A stretch of DNA of 64,000 nt from Octopus vulgaris (lineage: Eukaryota), in assembly GCA_951406725.2 (NCBI GenBank), contig OX597838.1, positions 19,592,001 to 19,656,000 on the forward strand. Reading direction: 5' to 3'. The position numbers and the translations under genes were made by a program. Each line of letters starts with the position of its first letter. Position 1 is the stretch's first letter. The notes under the pieces are model-generated. The model searched no databases. It was not told where the DNA came from and was given only the letters and a program-made list of their open reading frames with translations. Shown here in pieces: positions 12,401 to 25,568 of this stretch.

Positions 12401-12875
12401 ACACACACACACGCACACACTCCATCATGACTGACGTCATGTACTATTACCGAAAGATTGTCATGGACATCCAAATAGATGGCTTGGTCACGGCTGGATT
12501 ACCAATTTATGAATGCCGCAACCTCAGCAAACATTCCACCCCTCCCTACAGACCAGATAAATCTATTGTGTCGAGATAATATGAAACATTATTCACATTA
12601 TGGTAATTCATTATTTTCTTTCGTCACCGTCGCAGTTTGTTTATTTATTATGTTTATTACTGCAATTGTATTGTCAGTAATTGTTGCCCTGTTACAGTAG
12701 TTGCTTTCTTCGTCGTTGTTGTAAATTGTTGCCATTTTTGTCGTTATTGTTATTGTTGTTGTTGCTGTTAAGATGTTATCTTTTGTCATTGCTGCTGCTG
12801 TTGATGTTAAAGGATGTTATTTTCTTTCTTGTTGTTGTTGTCGCCGCTGTTGATGTTATTGTTGTTACTGTACTC

Positions 12876-12912
<37 letters not shown>

Positions 12913-13159
12913 GCTGGTGTCGTCTGCTTAATAGGTTTTCTCTGATTACTCTATATTGATTTTCATTCGGAAATTACGCATGTATCGTGTGCGAGGGAGA
13001 GAGAAAGAAACAAAGAGACGAAGGAGAGACGGACGGACAGACAGACAGACGGACAGAAGGAGACAAACAGACAGTATTTGAAGTCTAAAATTTCACAGTC
13101 ATCACTTCGAGTTTCTCAAGATCGCTTTGAATTATAAATGCCACTTAGTGTACTACAGA

Positions 13160-13255
13160 GACACACACACACACGCACACACAAAGACACACACGCATAC
13201 ACACACACACACACACACACAAACATAAACATACATGCATACATACATACATACA

Positions 13256-13288
<33 letters not shown>

Positions 13289-13347
13289 GCACACACACAC
13301 ACATATATATATGCATACACACACATACACACACACATATATATACA

Positions 13348-13414
<67 letters not shown>

Positions 13415-13939
13415 CTTTATGTATGTATATGTGTCTATATATATACACATATATATATACATATATATAAATACATATATATATATATATACACATATAT
13501 ATATATATATACACAAAAAATACGTATATATTATACACAATATATATGTATATATATATATATATATATTATATACTCATACACTGCACATGTATATATA
13601 TATATGTGTATGTATATATTTATATAAACATATTTTAACATACATACACATGCATAACGTATAGGTACATGTGTTTGCGTACAATTCATTCACACACATG
13701 TATCTATACACACACACACACAAGCGCTCACGCACACACACGCACACACATACATGCATACTCAGGAACAATCCAACATAAATATATACATATACATACA
13801 CACACATACATAAGGATACATGGATATGCATACACACACTTCTACTTCTCTGTTAATTGTTTAAACACTCTTTATGGGCATATTTATTCATTTACACCCA
13901 CACATACATCCACACACATAAACACATACATAGAAGCAT

Positions 13940-14000
<61 letters not shown>
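13160..14000. repeat. (CA)n/(TA)n/(TACA)n low-complexity block
   Basis: Visible directly. Confidence 0.9.
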
Positions 14001-14002
<2 letters not shown>

Positions 14003-14104
14003 ATCGTATTGCATGATTAGTCAACATGTCGTATGTAGAAGTATATTGAGTAGCTTATAATAATACAATAACAATAGCAGAAACATTTACACTTCTTGTG
14101 GTAT

Positions 14105-14175
14105 AATAATGATGATGATGATGATGTTGGTGGTGGTGATGATGAATATGATGATGATGATGATGAAAATGATGA

Positions 14176-14209
<34 letters not shown>

Positions 14210-14292
14210 GGTGGTGGTGGTGGTGATGATGATGATGATGGTGATGATGGTGATGATGATGACGGTGGTGGTGGCGGTGATGATGATGGTGG

Positions 14293-14341
<49 letters not shown>

Positions 14342-14458
14342 GATGATGATGATGATGGTGATGATGATGGTGGTGATGATGGTGATGATGATGATGGTGG
14401 TGGCGATGGTGATGATGATGATGTTGATGATGGTGGTGGTGATGATGATGATGATGAC

Positions 14459-14500
<42 letters not shown>

Positions 14501-14638
14501 GATGATGGTGGCGATGATGATGATGATGATGATGATGGTGATGATGATGGTGGTGATGATGGTGATGATGATGATGGTGGTGGCGATGGTGATGATGATG
14601 ATGTTGATGATGGTGGTGGTGATGATGATGATGATGAC

Positions 14639-14677
<39 letters not shown>

Positions 14678-14694
14678 GATGATGGTGGCGATGA

Positions 14695-14725
<31 letters not shown>

Positions 14726-14844
14726 GATGATGGTGGCGATGATGATGATTACAATAATATTAATAGTGATAACTTATAGTAATAAGGATAATAGTGATAG
14801 AGATAACAATAGGAGAAGCAGCGGTAGCAACAGCAGCAGTAGTC

Positions 14845-14922
<78 letters not shown>

Positions 14923-14951
14923 ATAGTAGTAGTAATAACGATGATGATGAT

Positions 14952-15021
<70 letters not shown>
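14105..15021. repeat. (GAT/GGT)n, (AGC)n, (AGT)n and (AAT)n trinucleotide block with an internal ~180-bp duplication
   Basis: Visible directly; the stretch from about 14341 recurs from about 14521. Confidence 0.9.
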
Positions 15022-15024
<3 letters not shown>

Positions 15025-15546
15025 GCTTCTGCTCATAACTGATTGGAAGTGATATCATGTACAAAGTTTTGTCTTGGTATAAAAGATGGGCTACAGCAAA
15101 TATTCTGCTCAATACCACAGATTTGCTTGTCAGTTGTTTGACCTTAACCAGCTGACCATGTCCCTTAGTGGCTGACGATATGTGCATCTCTGATCGCAAG
15201 CAGAAGTAGTGGTGGAGCACCATAGCTATATGTTGAGAGGGATTCTTTGGGGTTTGAATAATTCACCTCTGGAAACATGGGTGTTTCGTTCAACATCCTT
15301 AAACAACCCTTATTCAGAGATCTTTTTGAGCGGGATGGATTACTCGACAAGAATAAAATTCTAACTGGGCCGCACCTGCAAGGTCATGCGCTGTGTATCT
15401 TGATATCAGATCACCATGTCACGTACATTTGGTTGTGATGCATGTGCCTGGTGTACCCTTATCAGGCGGGTAGTCATGATGGGTATACTGGGCTTCGTAT
15501 ATTTTACTCCAGTGTTACTTTGATGACATGCACTGCTCGTTCACTC

Positions 15547-15547
<1 letters not shown>
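15022..15547 (+). mobile_element. Unclassified ~520-bp interspersed repeat (family D) inside (AAT)n
   Basis: Near-identical copies at 16166-16712 and 49386-49866 and a 3' fragment at 31403-31457; all end ...CACTGCTCTCTCACTC followed by AAT repeats. Confidence 0.85.
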
Positions 15548-15611
<64 letters not shown>

Positions 15612-15622
15612 TAATAATAATA

Positions 15623-15705
<83 letters not shown>

Positions 15706-15709
15706 AATG

Positions 15710-15774
<65 letters not shown>

Positions 15775-16090
15775 TTCAAAGTACAAAGATCTGGAAATAG
15801 AGGTAACTCGAATGTGGAATCTAAAAACAGAAATAATTCCTATCATAGTGGGCGCATTAGGTATGATAAAAAAAATATTCAGACAAATACATAACAAAAA
15901 CTCCAGGACTTACAAATATATATAACATACAGAAAATTGCACTACTGGGCACTGCACACATCCTACGCAGAACACTTTCAATACAGTAACCATCAGAGCA
16001 TCACAACAAATCACAGCACATACCCAAGGCACACAGAGCTGCGCTCGGTAGTGAAGTGAAAGCACGCTATAAAAATAAAACTACTGAATG
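15775..16090 (+). mobile_element. 3' end of an R4/Dong-like non-LTR retrotransposon (restriction-like endonuclease C-terminus plus 3' UTR)
   Basis: SKYKDLEIEVTRMWNLKTEIIPIIVGALGMIKK, one frameshift, then YSDKYITKTPGLTNIYNIQKIALLGTAHILRRTLSIQ* (stop about 15987); (AAT)n on both sides. Confidence 0.82.
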
Positions 16091-16165
<75 letters not shown>

Positions 16166-16712
16166 GCACTACCAGGCAGTGGCTCTCATGGCTTCTGATC
16201 TTAACTGATTGGAAGTGTTATCATGTACATTGTTTTGTCTTGGTATAAAAGATGGGCTACAGCAAATATTCTGCTCAATACCACAGAATTGCTTGTCAGT
16301 TGTTTGACCTTAACCAGTTGAGCATGTCCCTTAGTGGCTGACGATATGTGCATCTCTGATCACGAGCAGAAGTAGTGGGGGAGCATCATGGCCATGTGTT
16401 GAGGGGGATTCTTTGGGGTTTGAATAATTCACCTCTGGAAACATGGGTGGTTTTTTCAACATCCTTAAACAACCCTTATTCAGGGACCTTTTGAGCGGGA
16501 TGGGCTACTCAACCTGAAGAAAATTCTAACTGGGCCCCACCTGCAAGGTCATGTGCTGTTTATCTTGATATGAGATCACCATGTCGCGCACATATGGTTG
16601 TGATGCATGTGCCTGGTGTGCCTTTATCAGACGGGTAGTCATGATGGGTATATTGGGCTTCGTATATTTTACCCCAGTGTCACTTTGATGGCATGAACTG
16701 CTCTCTCACTCA
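16166..16712 (+). mobile_element. Family D repeat, second copy
   Basis: Colinear with 15022-15547; (AAT)n on both flanks. Confidence 0.85.
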
Positions 16713-16725
16713 ATAATAATAATAA

Positions 16726-16809
<84 letters not shown>

Positions 16810-17029
16810 GGATGATGATGATGATGATGATGATGATGCTTATAGTCACTGAAAGTCTTTAAGAAATGGCTTTTTTTTGCTTTTATTATTTTTTTTTGTT
16901 ATTCACACTGCAGGATCTATAAATGTCTTGAATGCAATATCTTCCTGTTTTTGACGCTCATCATCAAACATTTATCAAAAAAATGCGTTGAGTTAAGAGC
17001 TGAGATTGTCTGCTTATTGAAGTCTGTGT

Positions 17030-17202
17030 ATATACATACATACATACACACACATACATACATACATGCATGCATACATAGATACATAGATACATACAAA
17101 CATGCATACATACATACATACACACATACATACATGAATATATATACATATATACACATACATATATATTCATACAGTTATATAATGATGTATACAAATA
17201 CG

Positions 17203-17256
<54 letters not shown>

Positions 17257-17275
17257 TATATATATGTATGTATAA

Positions 17276-17347
<72 letters not shown>

Positions 17348-17369
17348 GTATATATATATATATGTATGC

Positions 17370-17458
<89 letters not shown>
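17030..17458. repeat. (TACA)n/(TA)n microsatellite
   Basis: Visible directly. Confidence 0.92.
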
Positions 17459-17461
<3 letters not shown>

Positions 17462-17999
17462 AAATTCATAGTAGCTATAGAATAGAATTGATTATCAAAA
17501 ATCGCGTAAAATAGAATAGAAAAATGCGTATGTATGTACACATATGCACATCTAAATGTGTGTGCTTGTGTGTGTTTGTGTGTATGCGTGCCTGTGTGTG
17601 TTGTATCGGCCATCAAGTATGTCTCTCTCGTCGCCTTCCCATGCACTTATAATACTGTATACAAACCAATAAATACATCAAATATTACACCTATTAAAAA
17701 CACACAAATCACACATAATGTACATTATATAAATCAAATACACACTAATTATGCAATAGATGATCTCATTATCAAAAAAATCTCGTAAAATAGAACTGAA
17801 AAATGCTTTATACCAAACGATCAATGAACATTTATAACATACACAATAAACAGTAAAATTGAAATAAAACTTCTTATCAACAAAACACCACCAGCATGTG
17901 AAAGAGTGAACCAGCTACTAATGATCAATGCGATTAATAAATTCTAACGCCAAGGTAAAAGTTGTATACTTCCTGACTTCGACTGTTATACTGGCCATT

Positions 18000-18445
18000 A
18001 ATATACGACATGGTGCTACTCGGCTCATCATCAGGTGATCACTTCGTCTCCAACAATTCGGTGCGACACCAGTGCAGAATCACTTCCCCCCCCCCGACAA
18101 GTCATCCTAGCGAGACGTCTGCGTTGGCTGGGTCATGCCCTCCGTCGTCAACCAGGAGAATTCGTCTACGAAGCAATTGCCCCCAGCTCCCCTTCAGGGT
18201 TGGCGAAAACGATGTGGTGGACAACGAAAAATCTGGCTGATGTCAGTCAAGGCTGATCTGGAACCCAACCTAGGCCCCCATGTCGACGGTGTTCGCCGCT
18301 GGAATAAGGAGTGGTTGGAGATCACGCGGTCGTTAGCTTCAAATCGCCAGGCCTGGTCGGCGTTTGCGAGAGATGCAGCATTGAGGATGAATGAAGCCAG
18401 CTCAGCTCACCCCGGGTGAATGCTGTCTCAAGACAAGAAGAAGAT
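18000..18445 (+). mobile_element. RTE-clade LINE 3' fragment
   Basis: ILARRLRWLGHALRR then (frameshift) GWRKRCGGQRKIWLMSVKADL...LASNRQAW, typical of the RTE ORF C-terminus; short repeat tail CAAGACAAGAAGAAGA. Confidence 0.82.
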
Positions 18446-18934
18446 CTCCAGCGGGCACTGAATACGTTCGCTGCCGGGTGCTGCAAGGCAGGGATGAGAA
18501 TTGGTGTTTGCGAAGACTGAGGCATTGGTCCTCTCAAGAAAGGGCCAGGGGTTGTTGTTAAACCAGATGACAGATTCAGTCTACAACCCAGCGTTGTTGT
18601 TTTTGCTGTTGATTTTTAGCCCTTCTTCGGTTTGATCATACAACACATCCATCGTGACCATTCCGTCCATTTTTCTTTTGTTTCATTTTGTTTTTTGTTT
18701 TTCTCAAACAAGGTGCATTATCCAATCAAAATCCCGCTCCTTCATTTAAGTAAAATAGCTGACTTGTGAGCATTGATGGCGATTTGACTGTTATTTCTGA
18801 CAGGTCCCAGTAACTATGTATCTACTTCCTTGTTGCTTCGAACTACGCGTGTTAGAATTTCATGGTGGCTTATTTAAAGACAGCGTCCAAACAACCATAG
18901 TAACTTATTTTAAGACCATGCTTAAATACCACAT

Positions 18935-19229
18935 TGTTGAGGTGGCGCAGTTGCTTGTGTGTTTCAATGACCTTGGGAGCTACGTCAGCAGAGCACAAGC
19001 TCCTGGGAGGGCCTCCCATGCTGGACATGTCAAAGGTTAGAGGCTAGATTAATAGGGATTTCCCTTCGCAAATGTAAAATTGGTTTTGCATAGGGCCAAC
19101 ACGCTTACCTAGAAAAAAGCCAATTACAAAAGCGTTGATGACAATTTAAAACGAAAAAGAGTTGAGACCCCAATAGAGAAAAGTCGTCGGTGGCCAATGT
19201 TCCATAGGGAGTGAAGGGCTTAAGTAAGA
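18935..19229 (+). mobile_element. Internally deleted RTE-like element (5' UTR joined to 3' tail)
   Basis: 5' part CTTGTGTGTTTCAATGACCTTGGGAGCTAC...GGGAGGGCCTCCCATGCTGGACA resembles RTE 5' UTRs as I recall them; the end GGCCAATGTTCCATAGGGAGTGAAGGGCTTAAGTAAG resembles RTE tails. Confidence 0.55.
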
Positions 19230-19289
19230 CATCTCTGGCGGTTTATTTTAATATAGTGCCCGAACATGGCTCCTCTGCTTTGTGGCAGA

Positions 19290-19483
19290 AGTAGGAAGAA
19301 AGAGTGAGAGAAAGTTGTGGTGAAAGAGTACAGCGGGGTTCACCCACCCACCCCGCCGGAGCCTCGTGCAGCTTAGGTGTTTTTGCTCGATAAACACTCA
19401 CAATGCCACCGGACCGGGAATCGAAACCGCGTTCTTACGACCGCGAGTCCGCTGCCCTAACCACTGGGCCATTGCGCCTCCAC
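19290..19483 (-). mobile_element. Family C SINE, 5' part
   Basis: Matches 9130-9322. Confidence 0.8.
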
Positions 19484-19520
19484 TTGACTGCTACTGTCAC
19501 TGACTTTTCACCAATATATA

Positions 19521-19740
19521 TTTATTTACTACCCACAAGGGGCTAAACACAGAGGGGACAAACAAGGACAGACTAAGGGATTAAGTCGATTACATCGACC
19601 CCGGTGCGTAACTGGTACTTAATTTATCGACCCCGAAAGGATGAAAGGCAAAGTCGACCTCGGCGGAATTTGAACTCGGAACGTAACGACAGACAAAATA
19701 CGGCTACGAATTTCGCCCGGCGTGCTAACGTTTCTACCAG
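19521..19740 (-). mobile_element. Family B SINE, monomer
   Basis: One unit plus part of the head. Confidence 0.85.
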
Positions 19741-19855
19741 AATATACTTACGTTAAGCATGTGACATAACGATTTCAATTTAGAATTGCTTCTGTTGAGT
19801 CCGCTGCCCTAACCACTGGACCATTGCGCCTCCACTGTTTGCTGTTGTTGCTACA

Positions 19856-21510
19856 CACGTGAACAGATCTTTATGACAGACCCGTTTCATTCATTCGCTC
19901 GTCTATTTATTTTGTTTTTCCATCATTCTGAATACGAAAATTGCATTATAGTTTGAAGCAACAAATATGTACATAATAACCATAGAATCGCAATATTTAT
20001 TTTAATACAATTCATTGTAATTTTAACTGCATTATAGAAACTGTGTAGAACGGCGACCAATCATGAATAATGCAACAAAATTGTAATAACTTTCGAGATA
20101 CAGTAACTATGGAAGTGCAAGACTTGTGGAGGTAGAATTATTTGTGGCGGTACAGTGGATCAAAAACACCAACAGACTCAGAAATTAACAGTGGGTTGTC
20201 ATTGTCTGGAACCAGATTCCAAACGTAATCGTCCATCAATGTTTTCATTCTACTTTCCTTAATATCGCTTCTCCGTCTACAGTAACTATAGAAGTACCTT
20301 GTGGAGGTACGATTATTTGTGGAGGTACAGTGGATCAAAAACACCAACAGACTCAGAAATTAACAATGGACTGTCATTGTGTGGAACTATGTTCCAAACG
20401 TAATCGTCCATCAATGTTTTCATTCTACTTTCCTTAATATCGCTTCTCCGTCCTGATGGAATCGTTCTCCTTGTTCTTCTGACACGGCACCAAGATTCGG
20501 TTGGAAGAACTCCAAATGATAATGCAAATACTGGAACTTAAGTGACATTTTTATATCCTATAATTCTGCAACTTTGATGCAGTTCTTCAATAAGAGTTTT
20601 GTAATTCTCTGCTAATGTTGTTACCCAGAAACTCATTGACAACGTTCTTGAACGCGTTCCAAAAACTCTTTTCCTCTCCCCTGTCAGTTTTGTATCCAGA
20701 GTTTTTGTTGTATCTGGTTTCCCTGTGTTCCTTCGAGTACAAACAAACACACCAGCAACAACTTTTGCGTTGGACAATTTTGGAAGCATTTCTCGTCTGT
20801 TGCAATCTAAAACTGTAAATAATATTTTTATCAAGCCAAGTTTTAAGTAAGGATGGAGGTAGAAAGATTTTGTCTACGAATGTACGGGTTTTCTGGTTTA
20901 TATTTTGAGTGCTTGGCTGCAGGGCTGATCTTGTTGGCCATTCTTGTTTCTCATGTTTTTCTCAATCTCCGCTGTCTTGCAGCTACAAAAAGCGAGGACC
21001 CTTATTAAATCCATCCAGCAATCAGAGAAAGAACTCCAACATCTTAATATCTCCTCATACATCCTATATGTGGTGGTCATATTTGATCTTCGTGAGCAAA
21101 ATTTTTACACATTTTGCAGTCTTCTTTCAAGTGTACGGAGGAACCAGCAGGAATAGAAGAATATTGGTTGCAGTTCTGAAGCAGCGGTGCTTTCAGACTT
21201 CCCAGACTTCTCGTATAGCTGTCAATCAACAGACGTCATTAATCAGACTGGCGTCAATCGTTTGAAATAGGTCTCTTTCATCAGTACAGTAGCGCAGTGA
21301 TTCAGTCGAAGAATGGAAATGGGCAAAAGCTTTACACCTTGTTCGCTACTTCCGAATTGGATCTTTACATCCAGTAGATTCCGTTCTTTCGATGTGGACT
21401 ACAGCAGCTTTGCTCCAGGTTTGTAGAGAGTGAGGTCTCTTACGATATCATAAAATTCTTGTTTAGGAAGTGGGGCCCTTCACATTAGCATGCTGCTTCC
21501 TCTTCTTCCC
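19856..21510 (-). mobile_element. Decayed DNA transposon, Chapaev3/CMC-like
   Basis: Minus-strand remnants PKLSNAKVVAGVFV, FWNAFKNVVNEFLGNN, MDDYVWNL; the paralog at 39124 reads MSLKFQYLHYHLEFFQPNLGAVSEEHGERFHQD. Family assignment is from memory. Internal ~180-bp tandem duplication at 20099-20452. Confidence 0.7.
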
Positions 21511-21517
21511 AATGTTC

Positions 21518-22457
21518 TTATTTCTTTATTGCCCACATGGGGCTAAACATAGAGGAGACAAACAATAACATAGGGATTAAGTCGAATAGATCGACCCCAG
21601 TGCGTAACTGGTCCTTAATTTATCGACCTGGAACGGATGAAAGGCAAAGTCGACCTCGGCGGAATTTGAACTCAGAACGTAACGGCAGACGAAATACCTA
21701 TTTCTTTACTACCCACAAGGGGCTACACACAGAGGAGACAAACAAGGACAGACAAACGGATTAAGTTGATTACATCGACCCCAGTTCGTAACTGGTACTT
21801 ATTTAATCGACATCGAAAGGATGACAGGCAAAGTCGACCTCGGCGGAATTTGAACTCAGAACGTAACGGAAGACGAAATACCTATTTCTTTACTACCCAT
21901 AAGGGGCTACACACAGAGGAGACAAACAAGGACAGACAAACGGATTAAGTTGATTACATCGACCCCAGTTCGTAACTGGTACTTATTTAATCGACATCGA
22001 AAGGATGACAGGCAAAGTCGACCTCGGCGGAATTTGAACTCAGAACGTAACGGAAGACGAAATACCTATTTCTTTACTACCCACAAGGGGCTACACACAG
22101 AGGAGACAAACAAGGACAGACAAACGGATTAAGTTGATTACATCGACCCCAGTTCGTAACTGGTACTTATTTAATCGACATCGAAAGGATGACAGGCAAA
22201 GTCGACCTCGGCAGAATTTGAACTCAGAACGTAACGGCAGACGAAATACCTATTTCTTTACTACCCACAAGGGGCTACACACAGAGGAGACAAACAAGGA
22301 CAGACAAACGGATTAAGTTGATTACATCGACCCCAGTCCGTAACTGGTACTTATTTAATCGACCTCGAAAGGATGAAAGGCAAAGTCGACCTCGGCGGAA
22401 TTTGAACTCAGAACGTAACGGCAAACGAAATACCGCATTTCGCCCGGCGTGCTAACT
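21518..22457 (-). repeat. Family B concatemer: 5 units of 184 bp plus partial head
   Basis: Repeated ORF-track translations at 21766, 21950 and 22134 (period 184). Confidence 0.93.
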
Positions 22458-22885
22458 TGTTTTTTTTTCTCTCTGTAGTTTTAGCCCAGAGCTGCAGCCA
22501 TGCCGATAACACTTGTAAAACATTACTCTAATTTACTGTTTACAATAGAATGTTCTAGAATAATAAAATCATATCTAATAATTTACAAATACGTAAGTAT
22601 ATTTTCTCGGGGCTTGTCTGAGCAGTCTGTTGTTTAATGCTCTCTTTATGCTGCCATATTGTCATGTGACTCATTGTCTGTATGGATATTTCACCGAATC
22701 AGCATTAGTAAAGTCAACAATCTTTTTTGATACTGGAGAGTTTTTCCATAGAAACAGAAGCCTTATACGAGTGTCATTTCAATACGGACGCAGCTATACA
22801 TGATAGAGAAATAATAATATAGTTGTTATAACTGACAACCTATTGATATTATAAAAAGAATTTTACCATCATGATCAACATGTAC

Positions 22886-22929
<44 letters not shown>

Positions 22930-22930
<1 letters not shown>

Positions 22931-23360
22931 GCGCAGGAGTGGCTGTGTGGTAAGTAGCTTGCTTACCAACCACATAGTTCCGGGTTCAGTCCCACTGCGT
23001 GGCACCTTGGGCAAGTGTCTTCTACTATAGCCTCGGGCCGACCAAATAATAATAATAACAACAGTACATAACAACAGGTGGTGTCTTTCGACTGGGGACG
23101 AATTGAATTCAGCTGGCATGTGTGGAAATGCCTTACGGCAGAGATACAAAACTTTCACAAACACAGGGAAGAATATCGAAAGACACCTGTGTCTTTATGT
23201 GTTTATGTCTCCGAAACCTAGCGTTTCGGCAAAAAGAGAACGATAGAATAAGTACTAGGCTTACAAAGAATAAGCGCCGGGGTCGATTTCTTCGACTAAA
23301 GGTGGTGCCCCAGCATGGCCGCAGTCTGATTGATGACTGAAACGTGTAAAAGAGTAAAAA
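22930..23360 (+). mobile_element. Family A SINE interrupted by foreign sequence
   Basis: Head and CORE at 22930-23045, tail at about 23190-23360. Confidence 0.75.
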
Positions 23361-23454
23361 CTAGTAGAGAAATCACGTCATCGAAATCTTGAAGCTAAGA
23401 GATTAATACGTGATTAATTCAAAGCCATGCAAATAAAAGAGAAATACATTTGGC

Positions 23455-23863
23455 GGATCTTTTCGGTTTGAAAGGCAGTTTTTAACAATTTCTAGGTAAC
23501 TAAAAAATTTTAAACTTCGTATACTGGTAGAATGTGTTTATAAAACATCTTTTTCTCTTGGTTTTATTGAGAAAATTCTATAGTTTGTAAGATATTTGTT
23601 GGGTTTTTTCTTCAATTTCTGCAATTTCAACCAATCAATGACGTCTATTTGAGGTGAAAACATTCTGTGCCGTATGAATATGTCCCTCGTTTAAGAAACA
23701 GATTGAGTTTATTTACATTTGTGAAGAAAAAAAGATACCCTTCCCCCCACCCCTAACCCTAAAACAGATTGAAATGCAATAGATCGATACTAGGGTCATA
23801 ATTATGGGTGACAACTTCATATGACACCACTAGAAAAAACTGCCGTTCAAACCGAAAAGATCC
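23455..23863. mobile_element. MITE with ~29-bp TIRs and an imperfect 8-bp TSD
   Basis: GGATCTTTTCGGTTTGAAAGGCAGTTTTT ... AAAAACTGCCGTTCAAACCGAAAAGATCC; flanks CATTTGGC and CATTCGGC. Confidence 0.85.
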
Positions 23864-24628
23864 CATTCGGCAGATTAATCTGAAAGCTAAAAGGGTTATG
23901 CTTGGTTTTAACGCAAATAAGCACACACACACACATGCATATATTCCCATGTGCGAATTTGTGCTCTCCTATTTTATACGTGTTCCAAGTGTTTGTTAGT
24001 CTATTCTCAGGCGATCGAATATGCTCTCTTGTGTTCCATGAGACGACAAAGACATGAACTGCACAAAGCGATTTCGAAGACGTCGGTTCACAACGCGATT
24101 CATATATAGCTGGGGAAAGAAGACATTCTAAGCAAGTTTTCCCCCCATCGCCATTCGAAACTTCCTCCACAAGCAAAGACAACCATATGAACAAGTGCAA
24201 ACACACACGCACACACACACACAAACGCACATACGCATGCACGCACACACACACGGAGGAAAGAGATAATAATTCATCAGACACGTGAACGTCAGTTTCA
24301 ACGAAATTCAAATAAGAAAATCGTCGGCCATTTTGGTTTCTTCTTCATCAAGCAGTTTCAAAGTTCGCCGTTCCTTCCTTGATGGCTTCTGCTTTACTGG
24401 AGTCGACTGGCGTCGCCGCCGCCGCCTCCGTACCCACCACCACCACCACCATCACCACCACTTCCTCCTCCCCCCTCCTCCGCCGCTGCTGCTGTTGCTG
24501 CTGCTGCTGCTCTTAACTGACATGCCTTACTGCTGCTATAAAAAGAAAACTGCTAGCTCGCTGACAGATGATATAAAAATAAGCGAATGATAATAAGCTC
24601 ACACACACCTATGCTCACACACCAATAA

Positions 24629-24671
<43 letters not shown>

Positions 24672-25537
24672 CTAACAATACGTATTCTTTATATGTGTGA
24701 AAAATACATATAATGTGTGTGCGCGCGCGCGCGTGGGGGGGGGTCGTACATGTATGTATTGTATGTATATATATATATAATTAGATTTATTTATACATAC
24801 TGCATATTATTACACATTTGTTGTATATATTACACATACATAATATGTCTATATATATATATATTTATATTATTTATTTATTTATTACATTTTATTTTAT
24901 GCCTTTTTAATATTATTATTTTACTGCTAAATATAATAACATCATCATTTCGTAAATATCTGGTGTCGCTAATGTATATTTTTCCTTCCCCCCTCCTCAT
25001 TTTCGCGCTCTCTATCTCTCTCTCTCTCTCTCTCTTACTTTCTATCTGTCTGTCTTCCTATCTCTCTTTCTCTCTCTCACACTCCCGATCTTTCTCTCTC
25101 TCTCTCTCTGTCTCTCTACTGCCTCTCCTCCTTCTCCTCCTCCTCCTCCTCCTCCTCCTATCTCCCTCTTCTTTTTCTCATTTTTCAATAATACTTTCTT
25201 TTTAATTCATTCGTTTTTCAGCGCAGCATCTTCCTTCTCTTTTAAAAGGTTTACAGATAAAAGAAAAAGCTAAAAGCAGTTACAACAATGAAAAGTATAA
25301 AGAAAAAACAAAAAAAAGAAAAGAAAAAAAAAAACCGAAAAAAACAACAACAGAAAAATTAAAAAAAAACAAAAGAAATAGAAAAAGAAAAGAAAACACT
25401 AAATCTTTTTTATTTTCTCAGTTCTGCTTGTTTGTATAGAGACCATCTTTTTTACTCGCCATTTCTCTCTCTCCCTCTCTCTTTCTCTCCCTCTCTCTAT
25501 TTCCCCCTCTCTCTCCCTCTCCCCCTCTCTCTCTAAC

Positions 25538-25539
<2 letters not shown>

Positions 25540-25568
<29 letters not shown>

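Noticed and set aside
14096-15038. Asp/Gly-rich or Met-rich ORFs resembling biomineral or reflectin-like proteins
   Set aside because: Pure (GAT/GGT)n repeat with no signal peptide, reflectin motif or splice context.
15170-15215. CTGACGA...GAAG in family D
   Set aside because: No convincing stems and GAAG instead of GAAA in all copies.
21537-22316. Four tandem ~60-aa ORFs, or a CRISPR-like array
   Set aside because: Produced by the 184-bp SINE unit. The units are wholly repeated with no unique spacers, and there are no cas genes.
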